Positions 13,675-26,995 of a DNA stretch of 64,000 nt are shown here, piece by piece. Below the pieces are notes generated by a model, which ran no database searches, was not told the DNA's origin, and was given only the letters and a program-made list of their open reading frames with translations. Source of the DNA: Octopus vulgaris (lineage: Eukaryota). Position numbers and translations under genes: made by a program. The DNA is taken from positions 205,220,001 through 205,284,000 of the forward strand of contig OX597815.1 of the NCBI GenBank assembly GCA_951406725.2. The letters are read 5' to 3'. Positions within the stretch are counted from its first letter, which is position 1; each line of letters starts with the position of its first letter.

Positions 13675-13735
13675 AGTGCCTCCTACTGATGAGGTCCAAG
13701 AGGCCGAAATCATGTGATATGGAAATTCTGGCATT
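13675..13735 (+). ncRNA. Type I hammerhead ribozyme (canonical core, imperfect stem I)
   Basis: CTGATGA (13686-92); stem II GGTC-CAAGA-GGCC; GAAA; stem III ATC-ATGT-GAT; AUA cleavage after 13719; stem I TCC(T)A/TGGA plus AGTGCC/GGCATT. Confidence 0.72.
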
Positions 13736-15371
13736 CGTGGCTGAAGAATTTCTTCTGCTACTATCGATCTGTGTGTTCTTTTATGCCCCAAGTGTCTACA
13801 AGAGGACCTCTCAAGGCTAATAACACAGTATTTGGTGTTCTAATTAGGCATCCAATTTCTTTATTAGCCACAAGGGCCCAAACATAGAGGGGGACAATAC
13901 AGCCTGATTGGGGTCAGACACAATGATTATGTGACTTTTAAAATTTTACAAAATATAATGAAATCGAATGAGATACAACAAGAACGAAATACAAACATGA
14001 AATGAAGCAGAGAGATGGCTTACGCTCCGACCCCACGAGCCCCATTCTCCTACTGTTAAATTGGATATAAATAATGCCTTTTGGTATTAACACTGCTTCT
14101 GTCATTAATAATAATTAAAGAGTAATGCATTGGCACGTAAAAAGCACCCACTACACTCGCGGAGTGGTTGACGTTAGGAAGGGCATCCAGCTGTAGAAAC
14201 ACTGCCAGATAAGACCGGAGCCTGGTGCAGCCTTCTGGCTTCCCAGACCCCGGTCAAACCGTCCAACCCGTGCTAGCGCGGAAAACGGACGTTAAACGAT
14301 GATGATGATGATGATGATGAAAGTGAACTAAAAGAGAAACAGGCCCAGTAGCAGGGCTTGAACTATGTAACTAACATTCACCAGGTGGCTGTATCACTAA
14401 CTACACTACAGAATGCATGTTTTAGTACGATATTGTTTCAGCTACTCCTAATGACTTTTATCTGAAAGCTGTTTTTAATAATCTTCTACTATCCACTAAG
14501 CTCTCTAAAGAGGAATCTAAGAGTCTCAAAAGCTGTAATGTTATCACCTCTGTTCAGATTTGAAACCCTCCCTACTGGATGGAACTAAGTAAGACATTTA
14601 CTTCATGTGTCACTCTTTCTGACATTTATTGCTCTGGAAACAAATCTGTATTTGTTTATTCTATGGCTTAGTCAGAGGATGAAATGCAGTACACATGACC
14701 TTTTACAGGGTTAGAAGGGGTCAGAAATCTCAATTGATGTGTAACTACATTAGGAAGGAGCCGCCGAAGAGACTGGGTTATCTCCAGACTGGAGACAGGG
14801 TCTAAATGCTTCCTACAAGTGTAAATACCACTAGAATCGCTCGACAACCAGAAACTGTTGTTAGACTGCATAATGGATTAGACCTGCCACCCTAGAAAAG
14901 GATTAGTCCATTTGACAGCCTTCTGAATAGTTTCCATCTGCTCTGTTTCCTTGATAATGGTATGAGAGAAAATACTTGTATGGTGTGATTCACCTCAACT
15001 TCTTAATCACGCTGTCCTTGTCTGCACCTACATTGAATATCAGTGGTTCACCTGCAATAGATTTTGTTTGATAAATATTTAAGAAATATAGCTAACATCC
15101 TCTTATTTATTTTATTTTATTGTCATTGTTTTTTATTATTATTATTTATTTCTTTACCGCCCACAAGGGGCCAAACACAGAGGGGACAAACAAGGACAAA
15201 GGAATTACAATGACCCCCAGTTGCAAAACTGGTACTTTATTTATCGACCCCCGAAAGGATGAAAGGCAAAGTCGACCTCGGCGGAATTTGAACTCGGAAC
15301 ACAACGACAGACGAAATACCGCTAAACATTTCGCCCAGCGCGCTAACGTTTCTGCCAGCTCGCCACCTTCA

Positions 15372-15407
<36 letters not shown>

Positions 15408-16369
15408 ATATGCTGGTGCCATGTAAAAATCACTGGTGATGGTGCCATGTATAAAACAGCCAGTGCATTCTGTAAAGTGGTTGGCATTAGGAAGGCCATC
15501 CAGCAGTAGAAACCAAGCCAAAAAAGACTATAGAACCTGGTGGCCCCTGGCCTTGCCAGCTTCTGTAGAACCATCCAACCAATGCCAGCACGGAAAACAG
15601 ACTTTAAATGATGATGATGATGATGATGATGATGACTTGTTAGAAAGTTCTATCATTTGTTGTTGCAGATTTTGGTATTTAACCCCAGGCCAGCCCCATT
15701 CCAAGGGTCCTTTGTTCAAAGATATTCACCCATAATTATTTTAAATTTATTTAGTCATCATATATTGTACCTAGAACTACACTAGCCAATGTATCTTTCC
15801 ATGTTTAAGAGAGTAGAGTGTAATGTTTGAGAGATTTGGCTGCCATTTCTAGTAAGTTGAATAGTTACATAGTAGCTTCCTCACTAGTTTACTGCTTTTG
15901 TAGTTGTTTTTGCAGCTAGATGTTCTTCCTCAATTAGTCATCCAACCATGTACTAGATGTACAAACAGCTTTTTAGTTAAGCAAACTGTGACAAGCAGAG
16001 TTCTGTTTTATTGCCTTAAATTCCATTCAAAGATATTGACTAGAATAATGTTAACACTCCTCTATCACTGGTAAGCCATAACAATATTTTGGCAGAACGT
16101 GGGTAACGTTAGAACTGAGCGCTTGTGAACTTTAGCTGCCCGCATTATAGATTTTTACTTTTAACTGCCCATTTTGGTTCACCTCGAAATGGTCGGGTCC
16201 ATTTAGTTTTACTTGGACCACCCACATCTTTAACGTATTGGACTGGCCTGACGTCTTTTCATCAGCTATAAAATGGGAAGTTCCAGCTCATTAAGTCCCC
16301 AGGGAGGAGAGTTTTTGCTACAAGCGACCAGGGACCTTGACGTGAAGATAATGTAATTTCGGTATATTG

Positions 16370-16590
16370 GTGAAATTTTATAGAAATACTGTTCATATGG
16401 CATAGATTATGATTATAAAAAGAATTGAGGGGAAAGTGTTTTCCGAAGGGGTGAGGAGAGGACTTTCGGAAAATTCACACGATCAAATTTTTTCCCTCAT
16501 AACTTTCAGGAAAATGGATATCTCTTCATGAAATTTTACAGAAACACCTTTCAAAGGACATAGATTACAATTATAAATAATTTGGGGGTT
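16370..16590. repeat. Inverted copy of the 157-bp repeat family
   Basis: GGACTTTCGGAAAATTCACACGATC...TTTTCCCTCATAACTTTCAGGAAAATGGATA is the reverse complement of about 21950-22015. Confidence 0.8.
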
Positions 16591-16613
16591 TGGGGGGAAT
16601 CCATCCATCTATC

Positions 16614-17574
16614 CACCCATGTAGCTAGCCGATTGCAACTGGGGGTGCTGAACAGGGGTACGGACAAAGGCTCCTACATAAAGTGTGAAAGTGGACAAAA
16701 GCCCCATGCTTATATATCTTTCGGTTACTTTTTCGTTTTTTCTTCTTTTTTTTTTTTCACATTTCTTGACGACTGACCTGGTCAAAACTTCTGATATATT
16801 TCGCTTTTATTTTCATTTTACTTGTTGCAATCACTAAACTGAGGCCATGCTGGGGCATCACCTCGAAGAATATTTAGTCGAATGTATCGACTTCAATATT
16901 TTTTAAACATGATTTTCAACAAGGTCTTTTTACATGCTAGAGATAACAGCCAAATCTTTAAACATTATTTTTATATAATTTCAAATAAACATCGACCACG
17001 AAGGCTGACAGTGTGTCTTTTCAACAATTCAATGATTTCGTTTTGCATTGCTGCTGAGGTGGAGGTCGCATTTTTTGGAATCGTGCTGTAACATTCCATT
17101 AGCTTTGAGTCTTTCTTTAATGTGTACTGGAATAATTTCATAAAATGACCACAAGGCTACGTATCATCTTCTGAATAAAGATCGTGAAAAGCTCCATTTT
17201 AGCAGAAGTGTTAAAGTGCCGACAAGCAAAACAAAACAAGGTTCTTTCTTTGAAAGAGAATAACTCTAACCATAAACGACCAGTCACGTCTCTGATTTCC
17301 ATAAATTTGTCTATATTTACAAATTCTGCTACAACAATTACAGCAATAACAAACACTTTGACCAGTTCTAATTTACCCACATTTTCATATCACAATTCCA
17401 AAGAAATTCAATTCATTGCATCTTTAGCGACTTCAGATATTGCTTATTTCAAATGTATTTTTGTATTATGGTTTAGTGGATAAAACAAAATTCTCATACT
17501 GGGGTGGAGGGGCTGAGATTCTGAGGGTGCTGAGCACTCCATAGCCTCACCCACCCCCCGTAGCTATGTGCCTG
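16614..17574 (-). pseudogene. Degraded hAT transposon (ZMYM1-like TTF zinc finger and DUF4371-type transposase relic)
   Basis: Minus-strand peptides RLWLELFSFKERTLFCFACRHF and FQYTLKKDSKLMECYSTIPKNATSTSAAMQNEIIELL. Decayed TIR pair CAGGCACATAGCTAC / CACCCATGTAGCTAG. Confidence 0.7.
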
Positions 17575-17777
17575 CATACATACATACAAGAGACCAAACT
17601 CAGCCGAAATTGCAAAGATAATCTGCTACTCGACTGAGGAAAGAAAACTTCAAATGACCCGTCCTTGTTTTCTTTGTATTGTCTGTCTGGATGTTTTGTT
17701 GTGCCTTTTTTGTATCACTTAGCTGTCTGGATGTTTTGCCGTCTTGTCCCATTTTTGTATTTTTTATATATAAAAAA

Positions 17778-18400
17778 ATACATACATACATACATACATA
17801 CATACATGCATACATACATACATACATGCATACATACATACATACATACATACATACATACATACATACATACATACATACATGCATGCATGCATGCATG
17901 CATACATACATACATACATACATACATACATACATGCATGCATACATACATACATACATACATACATACATGCATGCATGCATACATGCATGCATACATA
18001 CATACATGCATGCATACATACATACATACATACATACATACAAACATACACATATACATACATACAAATACACATACATACATACACACATACATACATA
18101 CATACATACATACATGCATGCATGCATACATGCATGCATACATACATACATGCATGCATGCATGCATACATACATACATACATACATACATACATACATG
18201 CATGCATGCATGCATGCATGCATGCATGCATACATACATACATACATACATACATACATACATACATACATGCATGCATGCATGCATGCATGCATGCATG
18301 CATGCATGCATACATACATACATACACACACACACATACATACATACATGCATGCATGCATGCATGCATGCATGCATACATACATACATACATACATACA

Positions 18401-18434
<34 letters not shown>

Positions 18435-18658
18435 CATACATACATACATACATACATACATACATACATACATACATACATACATACAAACATAAATACA
18501 TACATACATGCATGCATGCATGCATGCATGCATACATACATACATACATACAAACATACATACATAAATACATACACACACACACACATACATACATACA
18601 TACATACATACATACACACACACATACATACATACATACACACACACATACATACATA
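17778..18658. repeat. (TACA/TGCA)n tetranucleotide array; resumes at 21117-21230 after the LTR element
   Basis: Direct reading. Confidence 0.97.
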
Positions 18659-21116
18659 TGTAGTGATCCTATAACGGTGCGCGCGCGCACCGTCCATTTT
18701 CTATTTCGCGCGTGTGGTGTTGGTGCCTTCACCAAGAGAGAGGAAGGGCCCTCTCGCGCATGCGCGAAGCACCGGAAGAAGAACCCTATTGCCTACGTAG
18801 CAGTTAGCCAAGGCAAGGGGGTTGTAGAACGTTTGACCGCTAGCAGCAGCAGCAGCGACTTGGGACGGCAGCGATTGAAGGCGACGGTCACGATATATTT
18901 TCTCTCCGTTCGAACTGATTCTAGCAGCACCATACCAAAAGGCCTTTAACCAAATTGTTGCAGACCAACATCATCTCCCTGTTCCGGACGCCATCTTGAA
19001 CCCGTTCTGTTTTTAGCGGCTGAACATTGTAAATAATACAATCGATTAACTTTCAGCCTTGCGCGCCCCGAACCAAGGACATCAGATAACCACTTATTGT
19101 TACTGTTACCAAGAAAGAGAATAAAGTAGTATATATATTGTCCTTGGTTCGGGGCACGCAAGGCTGAAAGTTAATCGATTGTAATATTTACAATGTTCAG
19201 CCGCTAAAAACAGAACGGGTTCAAGATGGCGTCCGGAACAGGGAGATGATGTTGGTCTGCAACAATTTGGTTAAAGGCCTTTTGGTATGGTGCTGCTAGA
19301 ATCAGTTCAACAGAGAGAAAATATATCGTGACCCGCCTTATCAATCGCTGCTGCCATCATATCAACGATGCCTTTTCTCCACCTTCGTCATCGCCATCGT
19401 CGTCTTACTTCACGTCGTGCTGTTTATCTTCGTCACATCATTCACTAAGAACGATGTTGTCTCAAGTCCAGCATCTGCATTTTGTGATTTCAACATTTCT
19501 GTTACAGAACGAACTGCTATTGTGCATCAGGCTATTGCAGACTGGTAAACTAACTCTAGTCTGTGATAGCCTTGAGAGACATTTTTTTCTATGCGCTGTA
19601 TTTAATTTTTTTTGCTCGCATTCACCCTGTATGTATTTTTGTCGCACACACGTACACACACATAAATGCTATCTCTCACATACATACGTCACACATGCTT
19701 TTCTCGCTTGTTTTTTTTTCCATGCTGAATTTGCCTTTTGTGGACACCCCTCATTTCTATAGACCCTAGGTCGGTCACGTATACATAGAGAGGGTTGTTT
19801 GTCCATTATAACGCGCCAGCATGTCATACTTTTGTTCCTGTACGAACGAGGCATATAATCGCTCAACCACAGGCATATTCATTTGCTGTTTTTCGGTCTG
19901 GCAAGCACTATTGCATTTCATGCGCTTTTGCTTCGCACGTGTATTGCCTTGTTTTTTGCAACACGTTTGCAGTAGCTTAGTTTTTCCCGACTCATAGGAC
20001 GTCGGATGTTCACAAGCGCTGCGCCATGTTTAGGCGTAATTATTTTTCCCTGTTAGACCACTGTTGGTCACGTAATTAACAGAAAATTATCTGTGTCGCG
20101 CATCACACCAGCATGTTTGCACTTTTGCCTTTTGTGTTACTAGCGAGCTTCTGTCAATTCCATTTCCTCTCCTGCAGCAATTGATTTAACTGCTATTTTG
20201 CAGGATCAACCACCTTTAGAGAAGTTGGATTTTAATTTCGCCTAGGTTCATTGACTGAGTTTTGCTTTCCCTCCGCTCCTTTCAGCAGAAGGGTTTATAC
20301 TTTGCGACGTATACACTTTCATGCATGCACTCTTGATTTTTGCTCATTGAGTATTTTTTCTCTTTTTCCTTTAGTAAATTTCTTGTGTATGTTATAAATT
20401 TTGCCATTTTATTATATTGTGTGCTATTTGGTTATCTGGTGTCCACCTTGAGTTTTGCAGTCACTACAATTAAGTTTCCTTCGTGCGTACGCACTGGAGG
20501 GGAGCCTTGTAGTGATCCTATAACGGTGCGCGCGCGCGCACCGTCCATTTTCTATTTCGCGCGTGTGGTGTTGGTGCCTTCACCAAGAGAGAGGAAGGGC
20601 CCTCTCGCGCATGCGCGAAGCACCGGAAGAAGAACCCTATTGCCTACGTAGCAGTTAGCCAAGGCAAGGGGGTCGTAGAACGTTCGACCGCTAGCAGCAG
20701 CAGCGGCGACTTGGGACGGCAGCGATTGAAGGCGACGGTCACGATATATTTTCTCTCCGTTCGAACTGATTCTAGCAGCACCATACCAAAAGGCCTTTAA
20801 CCAAATTGTTGCAGACCAACATCATCTCCCTGTTCCGGACGCCATCTTGAACCCGTTCTGTTTTTAGCGGCTGAACATTGTAAATATTACAATCGATTAA
20901 CTTTCAGCCTTGCGCGCCCCGAACCAAGGACATCAGATAACCACTTATTGTTACTGTTACCAAGAAAGAGAATAAAGTAGTATATATATTATTTACGTCT
21001 GCGTCTTGTTGTTTCTGACTGGTAGAATTCTGGATTATTAAAGCAACGGCTAGTGATTGCCTCTTGTACCCCGAAAGTACAAGAGAAGATATTCACACAT
21101 CACTAAGTTCGTTACA
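18659..21116 (+). mobile_element. Non-autonomous, rearranged LTR retroelement in a (TACA)n array
   Basis: 3' LTR 20508-21116 (TG...CA, 609 bp, AATAAA) preceded by polypurine tract GGAGGGGAG. 5' LTR 18659-19139 is about 99% identical but 3'-truncated. Inverted LTR piece at 19140-19355. No gag/pol seen. CATA on both flanks. Confidence 0.85.
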
Positions 21117-21185
21117 CATACATACATACAGATACATACATACACACATACATACATACACACACACACATACATACACACACAC

Positions 21186-21218
<33 letters not shown>

Positions 21219-21249
21219 CACACATATACATGCCTTCGTCTTGGTTGGT

Positions 21250-21640
21250 AGTTAGTTGACGGCAACGGTCGGAGAGAGGAGGTATAACTTGGTTGCCTCT
21301 TTGAAGAACTTGTACAGCAGACTTTCTTTATGTTAAGAAGTTATAAGTATCTTGCAAGATGTTGTTGTAGATATTTCGATCGAATTCCTGGCTCTTGGAT
21401 TGATTCTTTTATGTCTCGCCATAGTCTTTCAATGTTTTGTGTATGTTTCTGTGTGCTATCTTCAGAATGTTAGAGTGAGACATTTTCCCATCGTTGCTTC
21501 AATGTGGGTATATCACTATGTTTGGTAATATTCCGTGTGAGCGAAGGAACTCAACTGACTTTTGATCGTTACAATGAAAAGTGTTGATGTATTTCAAAGT
21601 AACCAAAATTACAATTTTGACAAATATTGAAATTCTCCAT
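21250..21640 (-). pseudogene. Merlin/IS1595-type transposase relic, internally deleted
   Basis: Hand translation: N-terminal MENFNICQNC...EFLRSHGILPN joined almost directly to the C-terminal motif HTQNIERLWRDIKESIQEPGIRSKYLQQHLARYL, with stops and frameshifts. Confidence 0.75.
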
Positions 21641-21829
21641 TCTCGAGCATTAGTTTTCAAATGCGACGATATCGAAAATGAAACGAAGGACAGATTTCAA
21701 GTAAACCTCTCTATGGCCTTTCAAACAGCATAGAATACGATGATAAAGAAATTTGTGGAATATAAGCAAAAAAAAAGAAAAAGAAGTGTGTGTGTGTGTA
21801 AGAAAAAATATTTTCTATCAGAAAAGTAT

Positions 21830-22180
21830 GATCGTGTGAATTTTCCAACGGTTCTCCCCCAGTCCTTTGGAAAACATTTTCTCCACAAATTTCTTTAAAA
21901 CTGTAATCTATGCCGTTTGAAAGGTGTTTCTGTAAAATTTCATTGATATATATCCATTTTCCTGAAAGTTATGAGGGAAAAAATCGGATCGTGTGAATTT
22001 TCCGAAAGTCCTCTCCCCATCCCTTCGGAACACATTTTCCCCACAAATTTCTCTATAATCGTAATCTATACAATTTGAATGGTATTTCTCTGAAATTTCA
22101 TTGATATATATCCCTTTTCCTGATAGTTATGAGGGAAAAATCAGATCATGTGAATTTTCCGAAAATCCTCTACCCACCTC
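21830..22180. repeat. 157-bp tandem repeat (about 2.2 copies), probably subterminal repeats of the Merlin element
   Basis: GATC(G/A)TGTGAATTTTCC recurs at 21830, 21987 and 22144. A reverse-complement copy lies at about 16370-16590. Confidence 0.8.
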
Positions 22181-22755
22181 ACGTTTGTTTGCACAATTTT
22201 TTGATTTTTACACATATTTTTACACCCAATAGATGTTTTTTTTTCTTAGTTTGGTGACGGGGAGTCAAACTATATATTAACCATAATTTCAAGCTGCAGT
22301 TGAACAGATTTCAAGCCAGAATCTTTAAACTTAAAAGTTTGGCATTTCTACCAACTTCTGAATAGAAGTAACCAGAATTATTGAGACACAACATTCAGGT
22401 TTTTCTTTAACCACCAGTTTGCTTTATAAAATTTCTGCAGTTGTAATAAATATTTCCTCACGGTCTATTGTAATTTGTGTCTGAACTCACTTAACAGAAC
22501 TTACTGCAAATACATATTTTCACATATTTATACTATACTCGCTTCAAACTTATGAAATGGAATCTGAGACGAAGTTCAAAAAACACATTTCAGGGGAGAT
22601 AACAGAAAAAATAAAACAAGTACTGCAGAGTTTTCTCCCTTCACACATGACTAACTAAGAATTCTGCATTAAGTATTTTAGTGGCGTTTTTCCCCCCCAA
22701 ACACTGAACATTAAAATGTGGTCAACGATCTAAATTTCTGATACAGAAATAGCCA

Positions 22756-22839
22756 GTCAGGATGGCCGAGCGGTCTAAGGCGCTGCGTTCAGGTCGCAGT
22801 CGGGTCTTCCCGGCGTGGGTTCGAATCCCACTTCTGACA
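22756..22839 (+). tRNA. tRNA-Leu (anticodon CAG)
   Basis: Full cloverleaf: acceptor GTCAGGA/TTCTGAC, anticodon stem CTGCG/CGCAG with loop TTCAGGT, long variable arm CGGG-TCTT-CCCG, T-arm GTGGG-TTCGAAT-CCCAC. TTTT terminator at 22847-22850. Confidence 0.97.
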
Positions 22840-23403
22840 AGTACCGTTTTAATTCTTCCGTCCAACCCGTGCTAGGGCGGAAAACGGACGTTAAACGATG
22901 ATGATGATGATGATGAAATAAACTTTAAACCAACTGTCTCAGCAAAGAAGATTTAATTCTCAAGGAAGGCAAGTTTATGCTGTTAAAGCTCTTGAGAAAA
23001 ACATAATACTCTTATATATTATTATTATTATTATTATTATATTATGCTCTCAAGTTGAACAACTGATTTTTCCTTTCTATTCCCAAATAAGTCTTGCATT
23101 AAGAAAAATACCTAATATGCATAATATGGCACTAATTGTATTGACCTGTAATTAGCAATATATTTCGTATTAATCAGGTGTGAACACACCCTCTTTACTC
23201 TTTTACTTGTTTCAGTCATTTGACTGTGGCCATGCTGGAGCACCGCCTTTAGTTGAGCAAATCGACCCCGGGCCCTTATTCTTTGTAAGCCCAGTACTTA
23301 TTCTATCGGTCTCTTTTGCCGAACTGCTAAGTGACGGGGACGTAAACACACCAGCATAGGTTGTCAAGCAATGCTAGGGGGAGAAACACAGACACACAAA
23401 CAC

Positions 23404-23444
<41 letters not shown>

Positions 23445-24007
23445 ACAGGCTTCTTTCAGTTTCCGTCTACCAAATCCACTCACAAGGCATTGGTCGGCCT
23501 GAGGCTATAGCAGAAGACACTTGCCCAAGATGCCACGCAGTGGGACTGAACCCGGAACCATGTGGTTGGTTAGCAAGCTACTTACCACACAGCCACTCCT
23601 GCGCCTATACTGTTTCAATTCTGTTAGATAGGAAAACTAGAATGGATGTGGTTGTGGTTATTGCTGAGCGATCAAGAATACTGATGTCATTGAGCAATCT
23701 AAGTCAAACTTCTTGAAACTTATAAATTAAATTATAAAAGTCATAGCAATTGCAGGAGATACAAAGCATACCTGGAAACTATTTCCTAGAAACAGCTGAA
23801 AGACCTTCTATCTATAAATGCTCTAATGTCTACACAGCCTTGGTTTTTTTATCTCATTACGCAAAAAATTCTTATATACACACGCTGACATAGAACCAAC
23901 GTTGAACCCTTTATTCGCATAATCACCGAATCTGGAACTTAACTATGGTCTGTCTATAGCACTTATTCAGCATTACCTAACACCTTTGGGTCTCAATGAT
24001 ACCATTA

Positions 24008-24045
<38 letters not shown>

Positions 24046-24613
24046 TGTATGTATATATATATATATATATGTATATGTATATATCATCATCGTTTGACGT
24101 CCGTTCTCCATGCTAGCATGGGTTGGACAGTTCGTTTTTTGCTCCAAAGTTTCAAACCAGATTATTCGTTTTATAAAGCAAGGTTCAACACCAAATGTTA
24201 GATATTTCTTCCACACAACACACTGTTATACTTCAGTCTTTGATATTTCTTGGATGAATATTTCCAAAAGAGACCAGCACCAGTTTCTTTGAGTTCTAGT
24301 AAGTTTACAATTCATCTAAGTGTTTTGCTGGTACACATGAACTGTAGTTCACACACCTTTCAAGTACATATGCATAAACACAATTTACAAGGCAAAAGAT
24401 ACAACCATAGCCAATTGTGGAAAATGTAGTTCAGAAATGCTTTGGTCATACAAACATCAGTGGATCTTGAAGTGTAATCTGCTTCAGTCTCTATTTTGCA
24501 TTAAGGATTCTATTTTGAGCTTTTACTCTAAATATTCATACTGAACAGTGAGTGCTGCAAAGTAAGAGATAGGTACTTGCAATCTAAGTCTTTAAACAGC
24601 TTTTGATACTTAG

Positions 24614-25005
24614 TTAATAATAATAATAATGAAATTATTGTATACAGTGCTCAGGTGCACCACAACTTGTCAGAAAGTGCATATAAAGTACATGCAGTAA
24701 TGTAAAAATGTCTGGGAAGTGAACAGTGTATGAGTCAGATACATGCTTGCGTGTGTATGGAGGGGAGAAAATCAGGTGTAGTGTTGGTGAATCTCAGGAA
24801 GCATGGAAGTTTTGAAGGATGCAGTGCTCTGACAACTAACAACTGATGCAGGCAGTTTGTTCCATACTTCAGCAACTCTAAGCATGAAAAAATGTTTCTG
24901 AAAGTCATGGGAGCTGTGCTGTTTTCTGACTTTGTAAACATGTCCACGGGTGTTAGACAGGTGGAGTTTGAAAAGGTGCTCAGAGTTATTGTTTGTAGCA
25001 ATTTC
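24614..25005 (-). mobile_element. CR1-group LINE 3' end
   Basis: Decayed ...KQHSSHDF.KHFF.LRVAE.WNKLPASVVSC... followed by a (TTA)n tail. Same family at 11855-12100 (+). Confidence 0.75.
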
Positions 25006-26804
25006 ACTTTATATCATAATTTTACATCATAATTCCTGAAGAAAAGGCATTTGTGGTACAGACCCTATTTAGATATGCTCTAAATAAAATCTTGCTTTAT
25101 GGCAATTTTGAAAAGGGAACTGGAAACCATCTTACTGAATTTTAAATAGTAATTCTGGATCTAGATGACAACATCTATGCATATTTTGTTCATGTACAAG
25201 CTGTATAAGTTAAATGAAAATGAAAATAAAAGTAAAAATCTAAAGAAAATGTTTAGAAATGCATGATTTTCAGGAAATCCCAAGGTTTCATAGATGTTGG
25301 GATCTGTAGATATATAAAATCTGGCCTAACCATTCTACACAGTTTGGCAGTGTTGTTGTATGAGTATATAAAAGGAGTGAATAATTTTGTTGATGCAGTT
25401 TTAAGACGTAGCCTACTAGTTCCAGATGAATAAAATCTAGCTTTTTTTAATCCGAGAGCAGATACTTTAAAAATGCAAACCACAACATTGATATAAGATG
25501 AAGCTATCTTTGAATATAACAAAATGAATTAAAAATTATCAAGGCATTTTTAACTAATTGATTTATTAAAATAAAAATTAATAAAGTTTCACTGAAAATA
25601 ATTGAAAGTGTTAACACCAAGGCAACTGGCATTGAAGCAATCCCAGATTTATTGATGAAATATGTTCAAATAAAAAAATATAAATTTGCAACAAAAAATA
25701 CATAGCTGTGTACAAAAAATGATTTAAAGCAAGTGACCAAAGTAAAAGAAAATAGGTTTTAAAAAAATCAAACAATTTTTGGTTCTGAGCAGTAACAAAA
25801 TATTTGTTTCAAATAATTTTATAATGGAATAATGAAGTTTCAAATCTCTTGCAACAGAACAAGGCCAATTCTTATAACAGAAGATTTTAATCAATTCAAC
25901 CATTGTATATTACAGGTAAATATTATTAGGTCCCCAAAACTCTTGGAACTTGAAACTGAGAGGTGAAATTAAATACTGTACTATCTCAAGTTCAGCAATC
26001 TGCTGTCTTGGACATCTTTACCATTCTCTTCCATAACCAAATGTTGAACTCTGTTATAAATTACACAAACATGCATATATAGTGTTTTGCAAGGAATGTA
26101 TATTGGTGACAACAGAATACATTCCAGATTAATAAACTGAGGTACAATAGTCGAAAGACTAAAGAATGGACTGTGGACCACAAGATCACAAGTTCAAACT
26201 TTACAATCAACGTGTGGTGCCCTTGAGTAAGGCACATAATACTGCTTCCTCAATTTGTCTACAGCAAAAAGAAGAAAAAAAATGAAGTTTCTTATTCTGA
26301 TAATTAAATAATTAGCAGTGAAAAGTCTATCTAGTATTTAAAAAAAAATAGTAAACAAAGAAAGCTACCCCCACCCATGCAAATAGGCAAAATTATATGT
26401 CTCTAACCTGAAAAAACAAAAACATTTAATAGATCAAAACAGTGGATAATTTATTTTTCTTTTATAAAAACAATATTTTCATCCTTCAAATCGATGAATA
26501 AAGCTATGACACATCTGTCGTAAATAAAATTCACCTAAAGGCTTGGTTAAGATATTAAAAATAATATTAGCAGGCATCAGCTGCTTTCTATATGTCGGTT
26601 GCAAACATGGTTACGTAATAGAAAAATAAACTTCTATTACTTTCTTCATCATTTATTTCATTAAGTCACATTTCTTTTGTATGATTTGAGAAGAAACCAA
26701 AGACCAACGAAATAGTTTCAGTTACAATTTACAAAACTGTATCAAGAAATACCGAGAACATCCCAGATATGTTACGCAATAGACATATTGCTATTATATA
26801 AAAG

Positions 26805-26944
26805 TATATGTGTGTGTGTGTGTGAGCAAGCACACAGAACCATATGTGTAAGTATACGCTATTGTGTGTGTCTGTGCGTATATATACATATGTATATATA
26901 TATTTGTGTGTGTGTATATATATATATATATGTATATATATATT

Positions 26945-26995
<51 letters not shown>

